From contig CAWJKE010000016.1 of the NCBI GenBank assembly GCA_963843455.1, positions 159,506-223,505 of the forward strand: a stretch of DNA of 64,000 bases, in the 5' to 3' direction. Positions 38,256 to 49,155 of the stretch are shown piece by piece. Every line of letters begins with the position of its first letter. Position 1 is the first letter of the stretch. Under the pieces are notes generated by a model. The model searched no databases. It saw nothing but the letters and a program-made list of their open reading frames with translations, and was not told the DNA's origin. Source of the stretch: an uncultured Actinomycetota bacterium. GTDB lineage: Bacteria > Actinomycetota > Thermoleophilia > RBG-16-64-13. The position numbers and the translations under genes were made by a program.

Positions 38256-39515
38256 ATGGCCATCGCGATCGTCGGCATGCTCGACGAGAGGGAAGAAGCG
38301 CTCACCGTTATCCGGGATCGCATCGGGCAGAGGGGGCATGATACCTGCCTGATAGATATCAGCGTGGGAAGCGGAGCGATTGTCCCGACGCTCCAGCCCG
38401 ACGTGAGCTGGCAGGAGTTGGCGGAGTTGGCCGAAGTCGGCGCGGGGCTCACGCTCGAGCGAGGCGACGCTCCTACCTCCATCATGGCCGAAGGACTCAA
38501 AGCGAAGATACGCGACCTGTACGGACCGCGGCGTCCTCGAGGGAATGATCGCCATCACGGGGATGACCGGCGCTCTCATCTCGCTGCCCGCTATGCAGGA
38601 ACTGCCGTTCGGGGTCCCCAAGCTCCTCATATCGGGTGCCACCGGCCAACCTGTGCACGCGGCGAAGTTCGGAGACTACTTCGCGCGCACAGACATCACC
38701 GTGATGCACACCGTGGTAGACACCGTGGGCATGAACCCCCTGGTCAGGGCGCTCGCCCTCAACGGCGCCGATGCCATCTCCGGGATGGTGGAGGGGGGCC
38801 CGGTCTCGCTGGGGGGGGACAAACCTTCCATCGCCGTGACGGAGTTTGGCTACTGCGACAAGGGTGCGTACTACATACGGCAGAACTTGGAAAGTGACTA
38901 CGAGATCGTCTCCATCCACGCCATGGGGGTGGGCGACAAAGCCGCCCTGGAACTTGCCCCGCAAGGAGTCTTCAAGGCGTTCGTCGACCTCGTCCCTGGG
39001 GCCTTCAGCGAGCATCTGCTGGGCGGCAACAGGGATGCGGGGCCGGACCGCCTGGATGTGGCGTGGAATCTGCCCATCCCCTACATCTTCTGTCCCGGCG
39101 GCTTTGACATGATCAGTTGCGGTCCCCTCGAGAGAAGAGACCGAGACGACCCGCTGTGGGGACCGCGAAGACTGGCCGAAAGGAAGCTGTTCATACAAGC
39201 GCCGCGAGTCCAGGCCAGGACGAGCGCGGAGGAGATGGAGTACGTCGCCCTTGCTGCCGCGGACAGACTGAACCGATACCAGGGCAAGGCAAGGGTCAAG
39301 GTCGTCATCCCCCTGAGAGGCTTCTCCTCGCTCAGCGTGGAAGGCGGCCCGCTTCACGATCCCGAGTCGGATGAGGCGTTCTCTCTGGCTCTTGAAGTCG
39401 CGCCTGGACCCGGAGATAGACGTCGATCGAGGTGGATTCCGACATCAACAGCCCCACTTTCGCGAGAGCCGTCACCGATGCCCTGTCACGCGCGTTCGGG
39501 GAGGTCGATTCCTAG
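38256..39515 (+). pseudogene. UPF0261 (Tm-1-like) family protein, three +1 frame disruptions (about 38530, 39396, 39428)
   Basis: The segments MAIAIVGMLDE..., DRGVLEGMIAITGMTGALISLPAMQELPFGVPKLLISG..., SRLDPEIDV and IEVDSDINSPTFARAVTDALSRAFGEVDS* lie in successive +1 frames. Colinear with the intact paralog at 42764. Confidence 0.65.
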
Positions 39516-41300
39516 TGGACAAGGTTCATTTCGTCGATCAGACCATCCGGGACGCCCAGCAGAGCCTCTGGGGCCTGATGATGAGGACCGACCACATAGT
39601 CCCCATCGCGGAGATGATGGACAGGGTCGGATATCTCGCCATCGCCACGGTGGGTTCCCAGGCGTTCACCATCCAGGTGCGCAACCACGGTGAAGACCCC
39701 TGGGAGAGGATCAGACTTCTTTCGGCACTGGCGCCTGCGACCTGCCTGCGCGGCTCGTACCAGACGGCGAGCCTGTCCTCCTTCGATCTGAGCACGCCCC
39801 GAGACGTCATCTCGCTGTGGATCAAGCGTTCGGTCGCCAACGGGATACGAAGCTTCTGGATCTGCGATTACCAGGAGAACATGGAACGGTTCCGCTACTT
39901 CGCGCAGATAGCCAAGGCCGAAGGGGCGGAGGTCGTCACTTCGTTGATGTATACCAGCAGCCCTCTCCACACCGACGACCACTGGGTGGAGAAGACGCGG
40001 CTGATAGCCGACGCCAAGGACTGCATCGATCGCATCATGATCGAGGACGCTTCGGGCGTCATGACCCCCGAGGGCACCCGCGAGACTGGTCTCGATCGTC
40101 CAGAAGAATTGCGAGGGGATACCGCTCGAGTTCCATTGCCACTGCAATTCGGGCCTGGCTCCGCTCTGCTATCTGGAGGCCATCCAAGCCGGCGTCACCA
40201 CCGTCCATACGGCGGTGGCCCCTCTGGCCAACGGCACGTCCCTACCGGCCGCCGAGAGCGTGCTCAAGAACATCCGCCGTTTGGGTTACGAGTCGGACCT
40301 GGATGAGGACGCTCTGGCGGTGGTCTCGGCTCATTTCAGGGAGATCGCCGAGAGAGAGGGGCTGCCCATCGGAAGGCCGATGGAGTACGACCTCTTTCAC
40401 TTCGAGCATCAGGTCCCAGGCGGCATGGTGACGAACCTGACGCGGCAGCTTCGGGAGATAGGGATGGAGCATCGCCTGGACGAGATCCTGGAGGAAGTGA
40501 TCGAGGTGCGCCGGGAGTTCGGATATCCCGTGATGGCGACTCCCTATTCGCAGATCGTGGGCGCCCAGGCGTTCGAGAACGTGGTGTCGGGAGAGCGATA
40601 CGGCACGGTCACGGACGAGACGATCAAGTACGTCTTGGAGTACTACGGCAAGCCGGCGTTCCCCATCGACCAGGGTGTCATGGACAGGGTGATGAGCCTG
40701 CCGAGGACACAGGAATTCCTCGATTGGAGGCCGGAAAGATACCTGAAGTCCGTCGACGAATTGCGCCAGGAGATCGGCCCCGACCTTTCCGACGACGACC
40801 TCCTGCTCAAGATCTTGATCCCGGGCGGCGGCGCGAAGCGCCGCGGGCCGACCGGGCCCGCTTCGGCGGCGCCCGAGGGGGCACCCGCTGCGAGGGCGGC
40901 GGCGCCGGCCACCCGAGGGGCGCCCGCCGGCGCCTCACCCGATCTCACCCATTTCCCCAGGCAGTTCAGTGTGGACGTGGACGGAGAGGTGTTCAACGTC
41001 AAGGTGAGCCCCGTGTGGGACGAAGGCGAAGGCGCCGCCGGCGTGGTGAAGGAACCGCGCGCACCCTCCGGGCCGCGGGAACTACCCGAGGGCGCCGTCG
41101 TGTGCGGCGCGGCGGGATTGGTGCTCTCCATCCAGCTCAAGGTGGGAGATTCCGTGGCCGACGGTGATGAGGTCGCGACGATCGAGTCGATGAAGATGAG
41201 GCGATGCATCGTCTCGTCCAAGCAGGGAGTCGTACAGGAGATCCGGGCGCAAGAGGGTCAGATGGTCCAGGCCGAAGATGTCCTGATAGTGCTGGCGTAG
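39515..41300 (+). pseudogene. pyruvate/oxaloacetate carboxyltransferase (5S subunit-like) plus C-terminal biotinyl (BCCP) domain, PycB/OadA-like; +1 frame disruption near 40080
   Basis: GTG start at 39515. Has VHFVDQTIRDAQQSL, and the HCHCNSGLAPL...TAVAPLANGTSLPAAE region continues in the +1 frame (ORF 40215..). Biotinylation motif IESMKM near the C-terminus. Confidence 0.7.
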
Positions 41301-41301
41301 C

Positions 41302-42771
41302 ATGATCAAGAAGATCCTCATCGCCAATCGGGGCGAGATAGCCGTTCGCGTCATGAGGGCGTGCCGCGAGATGGGGATCCCTTCGGTGGCCGTGTACTCC
41401 GAGGCGGACAGGGAAGCGCTGTTCGTCAAGTATGCCGACGAGGCGTTCCCGATCGGGCCGGCGCCGGCTTCCCTGAGCTACCTCAATATCCAAAAGATCA
41501 TCGACACCGCCAGAGAGAGTGGCGCCGACGCGATCCATCCGGGCTACGGTTTTCTGGCCGAGAATCCAGGATTTGCCGCTGCCTGCGAACACGCGGGGCT
41601 CAAGTTCATAGGGCCCTCGAGCCGGGTGATCGAACTCCTGGGTGACAAGGCGGCCGCCCGGAGAGAGATGACGGCGGCGGGCGTTCCGGTAGTGCCGGGC
41701 ACGAACGAATGCGTTGCGGCCGCCGAGCAGGCCCTAGCCATCGCGGGTGAGATCGGTTATCCCGTCATCATCAAGCCCTCCGGAGGCGGAGGCGGGATCG
41801 GGATGACTGTCGCGGCGGATGAAGGGGAGTTGCCTAAGGCGCTCGAATCCGCGCGGGAGACCGCCCTCAACGCTTTCGGCATCGGCGATGTCTACATCGA
41901 GAAGTACCTTGCCGATCCCCGTCACATCGAGTTTCAGATCCTCGCCGACTCGCACGGGAACGTCGTCCACTTGGCCGAACGGGAGTGCTCCATCCAGCGG
42001 AGGCATCAAAAACTCATCGAGGAATCTCCATCCCCGGCCATCGATGCCGAGACCCGAAGAGTGATGGGCGAGGTGGCCGTCAACGCGGCCCGCTGGGTGG
42101 GGTATGAAGGAGCGGGAACGGTCGAGTTCCTCTGGTCCAACGGAGAGTTCTACTTCATGGAAGTGAACGCGCGCGTCCAAGTGGAGCACCCGGTGACCGA
42201 GATGGTGACCGGCATCGACATCGTCAAAGAGCAGATACGGATCGCGGCCGGTCTTCCCCTCAGCTTCGCTCAAGACGACGTCAGGGTGAACGGCAGCGCC
42301 ATAGAATGCCGCATCAATGCCGAGGATCCTCTGAACGGCTTCGCTCCCACGCCCGGCAGGATCCAGGCCTACCATCCTCCCGGGGGGGCCGGCATCCGGG
42401 TGGACAGCGGAGTCTATAGCTCGTACACCATACCGCCCTTCTACGATCCCCTCCTGTCGAAGCTGATCGTGTGGGGCCGGGACCGGAGCGAGGCTATCGC
42501 CAGAATGCAGCGGGCGCTGTTCGAGTACACCATCATGGGCGTCATGACCAATATCCCTTTCCATCGGGCGGTCATGAGTAACGAGCGGTTTGTGCGAGGA
42601 GAGCTGGGGACGCACTTCGTGGACCGGGAGGTCGCGCTGATAGACGATATGAAGAGGATCGCCGAACTGGAGGGCGGCCTTGGGGAAAGGCTGCCGCTGC
42701 TCTCTGGGGACCGTAAGAGAATCGCCGCCATAGCGGCGGTAACAGCCATGATCGGGGGGACACATGGGTGA
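41302..42771 (+). CDS. biotin carboxylase (AccC/PycA-like)
   Basis: 489 aa, intact. ATP-grasp with a biotin carboxylase C-terminus. Confidence 0.9.
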   Translation: MIKKILIANRGEIAVRVMRACREMGIPSVAVYSEADREALFVKYADEAFPIGPAPASLSYLNIQKIIDTARESGADAIHPGYGFLAENPGFAAACEHAGLKFIGPSSRVIELLGDKAAARREMTAAGVPVVPGTNECVAAAEQALAIAGEIGYPVIIKPSGGGGGIGMTVAADEGELPKALESARETALNAFGIGDVYIEKYLADPRHIEFQILADSHGNVVHLAERECSIQRRHQKLIEESPSPAIDAETRRVMGEVAVNAARWVGYEGAGTVEFLWSNGEFYFMEVNARVQVEHPVTEMVTGIDIVKEQIRIAAGLPLSFAQDDVRVNGSAIECRINAEDPLNGFAPTPGRIQAYHPPGGAGIRVDSGVYSSYTIPPFYDPLLSKLIVWGRDRSEAIARMQRALFEYTIMGVMTNIPFHRAVMSNERFVRGELGTHFVDREVALIDDMKRIAELEGGLGERLPLLSGDRKRIAAIAAVTAMIGGTHG

Positions 42772-44002
42772 GAAGCCGAGAGTATTGCTGGTTGCCACGC
42801 TGGATTCCAAGGAGGTCGAGACCCGGTTCCTCCGGGACCGTCTCGAAGAGGCCGGGCTAGAGGTGTACCTGCTGGACGCCAGCATCCGCCGCACCGTCGA
42901 GGGGGGCGCCGCCATCACCCCGGACCAGATCGCCGCGGCGGTGGGCACGACGATGCCCGAGATCCGTGCCCTCAACCACGAGGGCAAGTGCATGGCGCTC
43001 ATGATCCAGGGCGCCATCGTCCGCGCCCACGAGTTGCACGAGCGAGTGGGCCTGAGCGGCATCATCGCGGCAGGTGGGTCCGGGGGGACCACTCTGGGCA
43101 CGGCGGTCATGCGAACCTTCCCCTTCGGCCTGCCCAAGGTCATGATCTCGACCATGGCTTCGGGCATGACCCGGCCGTTCGTGGGCACCAAAGACATCGT
43201 CATGCTCAACTCAGTGTGCGATGTGGCGGGTCTGAACACCGTCACGCGGCGCGTCTTTGAGAACGGCGCCCTGGCGCTTGCCGGCATGGCCCACGGATAC
43301 AAGCCTCCGGTGGCTTCGGGCAGACCGCTGGTGGCCATGTCGACCCTCAGCACTACCGACAAATGCAGTGTGAGGGTCCGCGGCGCTCTCGAGCAGAGGG
43401 GATATGAGGTCATGGTCTTCCACTCCCAGGGGACCGGCGGAGTGGCCATGGACGAGACCATCCGGGAGCAGGACGTCTCCCTGGTCGTGGACCTCTCGTT
43501 GATCGAGGTGGGCGACCACCTGGCCCAGGGTCTGTACGACGGGGGACCCGACAGGTGCAAGGCGGCCCTGGAAAAGGGCGTTCCGACCATCTTCGCGCCC
43601 GGCAACATCGATTTTCTGGTCGACGGACCCGTCGAGGGATCCCGGGTGCGCTTTCCGGGAAGGCGCTATCACATCCACAACGCCTCGGTGACCGCCGTGC
43701 GGGCGAACGCGGACGACTTCAGGCGTCTGGCCGAGCATATGGCGGGGCTCATCAAGGAGGCGAAGGGCCCGGTCGCCTTCTTTGTGCCGCTACTCGGCTT
43801 CTCCTCTCACGACAGCGAGCAGGGCCATCTGCACGACCCGTCGTTGCCGCCGGTCTTCGCCGAGCACCTGCAGAAGGTGATGCCGGAGGGCGTGCCGGTG
43901 ATCGTCCTCGACTGTCACATCAACGACGAGCTGTTCGCCGACAAGATCATCGAGCAGGCACTATCGTTCCGGGAAACGGTCCCACCCTCGGCGAATCTGT
44001 AG
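42764..44002 (+). CDS. UPF0261 (Tm-1-like) family protein, intact paralog
   Basis: 412 aa with GIIAAGGSGGTTLGTAVMRTFPFGLPKVMISTMASG. The ATG overlaps the biotin carboxylase stop. Confidence 0.75.
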   Translation: MGEKPRVLLVATLDSKEVETRFLRDRLEEAGLEVYLLDASIRRTVEGGAAITPDQIAAAVGTTMPEIRALNHEGKCMALMIQGAIVRAHELHERVGLSGIIAAGGSGGTTLGTAVMRTFPFGLPKVMISTMASGMTRPFVGTKDIVMLNSVCDVAGLNTVTRRVFENGALALAGMAHGYKPPVASGRPLVAMSTLSTTDKCSVRVRGALEQRGYEVMVFHSQGTGGVAMDETIREQDVSLVVDLSLIEVGDHLAQGLYDGGPDRCKAALEKGVPTIFAPGNIDFLVDGPVEGSRVRFPGRRYHIHNASVTAVRANADDFRRLAEHMAGLIKEAKGPVAFFVPLLGFSSHDSEQGHLHDPSLPPVFAEHLQKVMPEGVPVIVLDCHINDELFADKIIEQALSFRETVPPSANL

Positions 44003-44806
44003 CGCGAGGACTCGCACCCTGCGCGGGACTTCGCGGCCGGTCATCGGGATCCCGTGCCCTGGGGCAAGCACCAGCGGCTCAAGGTCCGCCATGGAGGCAA
44101 CCGATTCTTTGGCCGCCCGCCAATTCCAGGTGGTGTACCAGGGCGGTCCGGACACCCTGTGCTCCTTTCGCAGAAGACTCCACATGGAGTTGAGGTTGAT
44201 GGTCACCAGAGCGTCGCCGGTGATCAAGACCCGGTCGGCCCTGCGGAAGAAGGCGACGTGTCCGGGCGTATGGCCCGGTGTGGGAACCGCCTCCCAGTCC
44301 GGGAGACCCGGGAGTTCGGCGACCAGATCGAGCGGGCGCGCCACGTCCTTGAAGCTGGCCTGCGACACCATGGCCTCGGTCCGCTTCGACCCCAGGAGCC
44401 GCAGCAGAGGCAGGATGACCCAGCGGTCGAGCGGGTTGGCGTACTCGTGGAAAGTCGAGACGTCTCCCAGAACCAGCGGCAACTCGGCGGGATGCACCCA
44501 GACGGAGCATTTCCACAGATGCGCCAGTTCGCGAGCCGCACCGGCATGATCCGGGTGATCGTGCGTGAGAAGGATCGAAGCGGGAGACGAGTCCTCCCCG
44601 AATAGGGACTCCGCGGCCCTTTGGATCAGTGCACCACACTTTGCCGATGCGGCGTCGATGAGCACCCACGATGGACCCGACCGCACGAAGTAGATGTTGG
44701 ACCTAAGAAGCCCCTTGCCCACCGCCATCCAGTGGACTCCCGGGGCGATCTCCTGGGGCGTCGCGGCGTCGGTCTTACCCAGCTGCCGAGCCGTCGCCCG
44801 GCTCAT
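43961..44806 (-). CDS. MBL-fold metallo-hydrolase
   Basis: THDHPDHAG motif. Start MSRATARQ at 44806 is uncertain. Confidence 0.65.
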   Translation of the reverse strand: MSRATARQLGKTDAATPQEIAPGVHWMAVGKGLLRSNIYFVRSGPSWVLIDAASAKCGALIQRAAESLFGEDSSPASILLTHDHPDHAGAARELAHLWKCSVWVHPAELPLVLGDVSTFHEYANPLDRWVILPLLRLLGSKRTEAMVSQASFKDVARPLDLVAELPGLPDWEAVPTPGHTPGHVAFFRRADRVLITGDALVTINLNSMWSLLRKEHRVSGPPWYTTWNWRAAKESVASMADLEPLVLAPGHGIPMTGREVPRRVRVLALQIRRGWDRFPER

Positions 44807-45273
44807 TGGTTCTGGAGCAGTGGGTAGCCGGCGGCCTCCCAGGCGCGGAAGCCGCCATCGAGGTTGTAGACGTTCGTGTAGCCCGCCTTGACCAGCGCGC
44901 GGGCGGCGGTGGCGCTCATGCTCCCGCTCCGGCAATAGACCACGATCTTGGCGTCGTGGGCTTGGGGGTATTCGCCGAGACGCGCCTCGGTCTGGTCGAA
45001 CGGGATGAAGGCATCCGTCTTTTCGATCTCACCTTCGTAGGGGATATGCACATTGACGAAGAAGAAGTCCTTGTTCTGCAGCATGGTGTCAAGTTCCTGC
45101 GGAAGGATATCGGTGTATTGGCCGCCACCCTCCACCGGGACGGCCTGTCCCACCGCCTGACCGGGGGCGGTCGATGAACTGGCGGTCGATGAGCTGGGGA
45201 CCGGGGCGCTGGAACAGGCGCCCACCGCAAGTGCGACTACCACCAGCAAGGCCACGAGCAGAAGAGATCTCAC
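44803..45273 (-). CDS. rhodanese-domain lipoprotein (sulfurtransferase-like)
   Basis: Signal peptide plus lipobox LAVGAC. Active-site loop CRSGSMS. Confidence 0.7.
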   Translation of the reverse strand: MRSLLLVALLVVVALAVGACSSAPVPSSSTASSSTAPGQAVGQAVPVEGGGQYTDILPQELDTMLQNKDFFFVNVHIPYEGEIEKTDAFIPFDQTEARLGEYPQAHDAKIVVYCRSGSMSATAARALVKAGYTNVYNLDGGFRAWEAAGYPLLQNQ

Positions 45274-45283
45274 TTGGTCTACC

Positions 45284-45658
45284 TCAAGCAGTCGGACGGG
45301 GCTTTCTTGGTTTTGGCTCTTTCGGCGGCAAGGCTCCCACGAATTCGATCGACCGGAGAAGCCAGTGCTCGAAAGCGTCGGGATCGCTCCATACCGGCTC
45401 GAGCATGACCACGTATTCCTTCATGATCCTGCCGGGCATGGGCTCGAACGGCATAGCGCCGACCCTAGCCTGGGCGTCGGCCCGATCCGCCTCCGACAAT
45501 CGCAGTACGATCTTCTTTCCGTGTACGCCCGCGAACATGTTCCCGTTCAGGAAGAGACACAGGCCGCCGAACATCTTGCGGCGTTCGACCAGCGGAAACG
45601 AATCGGCCGCCTCTGCCAAAAGGTCGCTGAGCTCGCTTGAAGCCTTTTCCCAGTCCAT
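45284..45658 (-). CDS. TfoX N-terminal domain protein
   Basis: 124 aa with a TfoX_N-like pattern (MFGGLCLFLNGNMFAGV). Confidence 0.55.
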   Translation of the reverse strand: MDWEKASSELSDLLAEAADSFPLVERRKMFGGLCLFLNGNMFAGVHGKKIVLRLSEADRADAQARVGAMPFEPMPGRIMKEYVVMLEPVWSDPDAFEHWLLRSIEFVGALPPKEPKPRKPRPTA

Positions 45659-45671
45659 GGCTCCGCCTCCC

Positions 45672-46100
45672 CTACCGATCCTCTAGGACGGTCTTCAGCT
45701 TGACCAACTGACCTATCTCGTCCACCATCGTGCGCTTGACCGAGCCTGACAGGAACCTGGCTAGGCCTCTGGGTTCCCACCATAGCGCGAAGGTGAGGCG
45801 GACCCCGCCATCAGCCGGCTCCAAAACGTACAGCCCTCTGGGCCGGGCCGGACCCGCGATCGCGCGAAAGCCCAGCCGCATCGGACGCTCGTACTCGGTG
45901 ATCTCATAGTCCGCCGCAATCCGGTGACCGCCCGGGCCGCGGACCCCCTGACGCCAGACGGCGCCCGCGCCCTGACCGGAGACGTGCTCGATGTCGAGGA
46001 CGCCGGGCCGCCAGAGCAGGTTGTTCTCGCCTGCGGCCAGAAAGTCGAACACGTATTCTGGACTACGGTGTATCTCGATGGTGGCCTCTGCACGTGGCAT
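45672..46100 (-). CDS. SRPBCC (polyketide cyclase/dehydrase START-like) family protein
   Basis: About 143 aa from MPRAEATIEIHRSPEYVFDFL. Confidence 0.6.
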   Translation of the reverse strand: MPRAEATIEIHRSPEYVFDFLAAGENNLLWRPGVLDIEHVSGQGAGAVWRQGVRGPGGHRIAADYEITEYERPMRLGFRAIAGPARPRGLYVLEPADGGVRLTFALWWEPRGLARFLSGSVKRTMVDEIGQLVKLKTVLEDR

Positions 46101-46253
46101 GCGGCGCTTCCCCCAGGACCCCTCAACTATGCTTGCAGCACCTGCACAGCGCATGCTACCGCTTGAACGGGGTTCTCGCTTCCTGCTCGCGGCGTTCGCA
46201 GATGAAGGATAGAATCAAGGACGCTGTGACACCCTCGAGCGGATGAGCAAGAT

Positions 46254-47156
46254 GTGGTTCTCGCGTCGACCGGCAGAGAGGCAACGGCCATGAAGATGGG
46301 ACTCTACCGCCTCCTCATACCTGTTGCGCAAAAGGCGGTTCGAAAGCCGAAGGAGCCTTGCGGCAGAGAGCTCTTTCTGGCCACCGAGGCGGGCCGGGTC
46401 CGCGTGCTCGGCTACAACCTGGATACGCCAGAGACGCTCCCTCTCTTCGTGGACATGCATGGTGGCGGCTTCATCCTGGGGCACGCCGAAATGGACGACC
46501 CCTTCATGCCCAAGGTCGCCCAGACGGCTCGGGTGAAGATCCTCAGCATCGATTACAGCCTTGCTCCCCAGCACCCCTTCCCCCAGGCCCTCAATGAGTG
46601 CTATGCGGTGGTCAGGTACGCAAAGCAGCACCCGCAAGAGTTCGGGATCGACCCCAGGAGCATCGCGGTGGGCGGTCACAGCGCCGGTGGCAATCTGAGT
46701 GCCGGCATCTGCCTGCTCGACGCGGAACGCGGGGAACTGGGGCTCAAGGCACTGATACTGGACTATCCTCCGCTCGATCTCTGCACCGACCCCTATCTCA
46801 AGCCGCGGCCCGAGAAGGCCATTCCTCCCCGGATCGCTCGCATCTTCGATGCCTGCTACACCGGCAGCAGGGAGGCGGCCAAAAACCCGCTCATCTCCCC
46901 CCGGTACGCCAGCACGGATCAGATAAGGTCGTTCCCGCCGACCTTGGTCATCACCGCCGGCCAGGACTCGTTGGCCCCCGAGGCGGAGGCTTTCAAGGAC
47001 AGGCTGATCGAAGCCGGAGTGCCGGTGACCTTCAAACGCTTTCAGGACGCGCCACACGGCTTCACCCTCTCGGGCGATCCGGGAGCGGAGGAGGCCTGGC
47101 AGATGATGATAGATCATCTCATCCGGTACTTGGGACGGGCCGGGGCGTCCGCGTGA
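46254..47156 (+). CDS. alpha/beta hydrolase (HSL-like esterase/lipase)
   Basis: HGGGF oxyanion motif and GHSAGG nucleophile elbow. Confidence 0.8.
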   Translation: MVLASTGREATAMKMGLYRLLIPVAQKAVRKPKEPCGRELFLATEAGRVRVLGYNLDTPETLPLFVDMHGGGFILGHAEMDDPFMPKVAQTARVKILSIDYSLAPQHPFPQALNECYAVVRYAKQHPQEFGIDPRSIAVGGHSAGGNLSAGICLLDAERGELGLKALILDYPPLDLCTDPYLKPRPEKAIPPRIARIFDACYTGSREAAKNPLISPRYASTDQIRSFPPTLVITAGQDSLAPEAEAFKDRLIEAGVPVTFKRFQDAPHGFTLSGDPGAEEAWQMMIDHLIRYLGRAGASA

Positions 47157-48019
47157 TGGCCGGATTCGCCGAAGCCGATCTGACGCAGGGTCTGCGCGAG
47201 CTCGCACTCGAGCGGCTGGAGGTCGACCTGCTAGGTGTGGCCCCGGCCGAACGGCTTCAAGGGGCACCCGAAGGTGCGCGCGCCACGGACTACCTGCCCG
47301 GAGCCCGGTCTGTCGTGGTTCTGGCGGCGAAGATACCGGATGCCGTCATCGAGGTCGCTGGGCGTTACGACGATCCCGGCAAGACCCTCGGCCCCTACAT
47401 GTGGTACGGCTACCCGGTCATGAACTGGGACCTGTCGTCGGTGGCGAGCCGCGTGACCAAGTTCCTGGAGATCCATGGTTTCAAAGGATTGCCCTTCCCG
47501 CCCACCGGCCTCCTCTACAAGTTCGGGAACAGGGCCGACTTCTCCCATCGGCACGCGGCGGTGGCGGCCGGCCTCGGTGAGTTCGGGTGGAATGGCCTGC
47601 TGCTGACCCCCCAGTTCGGGGCGAGACAGCGGCTGGTCTCCATCGTCACCGACGCCCCTCTGGAGCCCTCCCCCATGTACGAGGGGCCTCCCCTGTGCCG
47701 CCCCGCTTCCTGCGGACGAGCGTGCGCCGACGCCTGCCCAACCGGGGCGATGACCGGAAGCGTTTCGGTCGAGATCGGCGGCAAGACGTTCGAGTACGCA
47801 TCGCTGCATCCGGTCAGATGCAAGTGGCCGTTTGCTGAGGAGGGCTTCCGACGGACCAGGGTGGCCATGCCGGAAGACCCGACGGAAGAGGACCTGCGGA
47901 CCGTGATGAGCTCGACGACCCCTCATCCGTTCGACGCTGCTCTGACTCAGTTCACCTTCGTCCCGCAGTGCGGAGCCTGCATCTTCTCGTGTCCGTCACC
48001 GCGCTTCGGTGAGGCCTAG
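47156..48019 (+). CDS. 4Fe-4S cluster-binding protein (QueG/RdhA-like Fe-S domain)
   Basis: ATG overlaps the hydrolase stop (GTGATGG). Cys motifs CRPASCGRACADACP and CGACIFSCP. The long ORF from 46598 is a spurious extension. Confidence 0.55.
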   Translation: MAGFAEADLTQGLRELALERLEVDLLGVAPAERLQGAPEGARATDYLPGARSVVVLAAKIPDAVIEVAGRYDDPGKTLGPYMWYGYPVMNWDLSSVASRVTKFLEIHGFKGLPFPPTGLLYKFGNRADFSHRHAAVAAGLGEFGWNGLLLTPQFGARQRLVSIVTDAPLEPSPMYEGPPLCRPASCGRACADACPTGAMTGSVSVEIGGKTFEYASLHPVRCKWPFAEEGFRRTRVAMPEDPTEEDLRTVMSSTTPHPFDAALTQFTFVPQCGACIFSCPSPRFGEA

Positions 48020-49128
48020 GCGAGCATCGCCTTCCAGGCTTGGAGCTTCTCGCGCCCCCAGCGGGCGCACACGGCCGGTTTGTTCGCTGCGACGAGCTTA
48101 TTGCATGCATCCTGGCAATCGCAGTGGACTATCTCGTCCTCCCGCCCCTCCAGTACCTTCGAGGGCCACTCCGGATCCGCCCAAAGCACGCGGGCCAATC
48201 CGATCAGATCGGCCTTGCCCTCGGCGATGATCTCCTCGGCCAGCCGCCCGGAGTCGATGTGCCCGGCGGTGATCACGGGAACGCCGACCGCGCTCTTCAC
48301 GGCCGCCGCCAGATCGACCATGTAGCCCGGCTGGGCGCTTCGCTCGGCCACCTGCGGCAGGCCGAAGGATTCGTACGTCCCGCCCATGACCGAAAGGTAC
48401 GCCACCCCGGCGGCTTCGAGCACCTGGGCGGCCCGGCACGACTCCTCGATCCCGAGTCCGCCGGGAAGCCATTCGTCGGCAAGAAAGCGGTAGCCGACGG
48501 GAAAACCCTTGACGGCCGCCTTGACCCCACTGATGACCTCCAACGGAAACCGGCAGCGATTCTCGAGAGAGCCTCCGTAGGCATCCTCCCGCCGGTTCGT
48601 CCAGGGCGAGATGAACTCGGCCAGAAGGTAGCCGGTGCCTCCGTGCAGTTCGACCATGTCGAAGCCCGCTCGCTTGACCCGCAGGGCACACTCGGCGAAC
48701 TGCTCGGCGATGTGCCGCATCTCGTCGGTGGTGAGCGCCCGAGGCGTGCGACCAAAGACCTCCACCGCCGAAGGCGCGACCGGCTGGGACGCCGCCCGGG
48801 CGAAGCGCCCCGCGTGATTGAGCTGGATGCCGGCGAGAGCCCCCTGCTGCTTGATGGTCTGAGCCAGACGCGCCAAGCCGTCCAGACATTCGTCGGTGTC
48901 GGCGCGGAGTTCTCTGACGGACCCACTCGCCCCCGGGTGATCGATGCTGGCGTTCTCGACGACCACCAGCGCGACCCCGCTTCGAGCCATGAGACGATAG
49001 TGGTCCAAGAGCGGCGCGTTCACCATGCCCTCTTCACCCGCGTAGCCCAGGAACAAGGCCGTCATGGTGAGCCTGTTCTTGAGCTTCAGCCCGCCGACCT
49101 CATAGGGGGAGAACAGATGATCGAACAT
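48016..49128 (-). CDS. NADH:flavin oxidoreductase (Old Yellow Enzyme family)
   Basis: 370 aa, intact, OYE TIM-barrel pattern. Confidence 0.85.
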   Translation of the reverse strand: MFDHLFSPYEVGGLKLKNRLTMTALFLGYAGEEGMVNAPLLDHYRLMARSGVALVVVENASIDHPGASGSVRELRADTDECLDGLARLAQTIKQQGALAGIQLNHAGRFARAASQPVAPSAVEVFGRTPRALTTDEMRHIAEQFAECALRVKRAGFDMVELHGGTGYLLAEFISPWTNRREDAYGGSLENRCRFPLEVISGVKAAVKGFPVGYRFLADEWLPGGLGIEESCRAAQVLEAAGVAYLSVMGGTYESFGLPQVAERSAQPGYMVDLAAAVKSAVGVPVITAGHIDSGRLAEEIIAEGKADLIGLARVLWADPEWPSKVLEGREDEIVHCDCQDACNKLVAANKPAVCARWGREKLQAWKAMLA

Positions 49129-49155
49129 GCCGGCTCCTTTCGTCTTGGCTGAGCC

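Noticed and set aside
46598-48019. 473-aa ORF
   Set aside because: Its 5' two-thirds overlaps the alpha/beta hydrolase gene out of frame. Only the portion from the ATG at 47156 is a coherent Fe-S protein.
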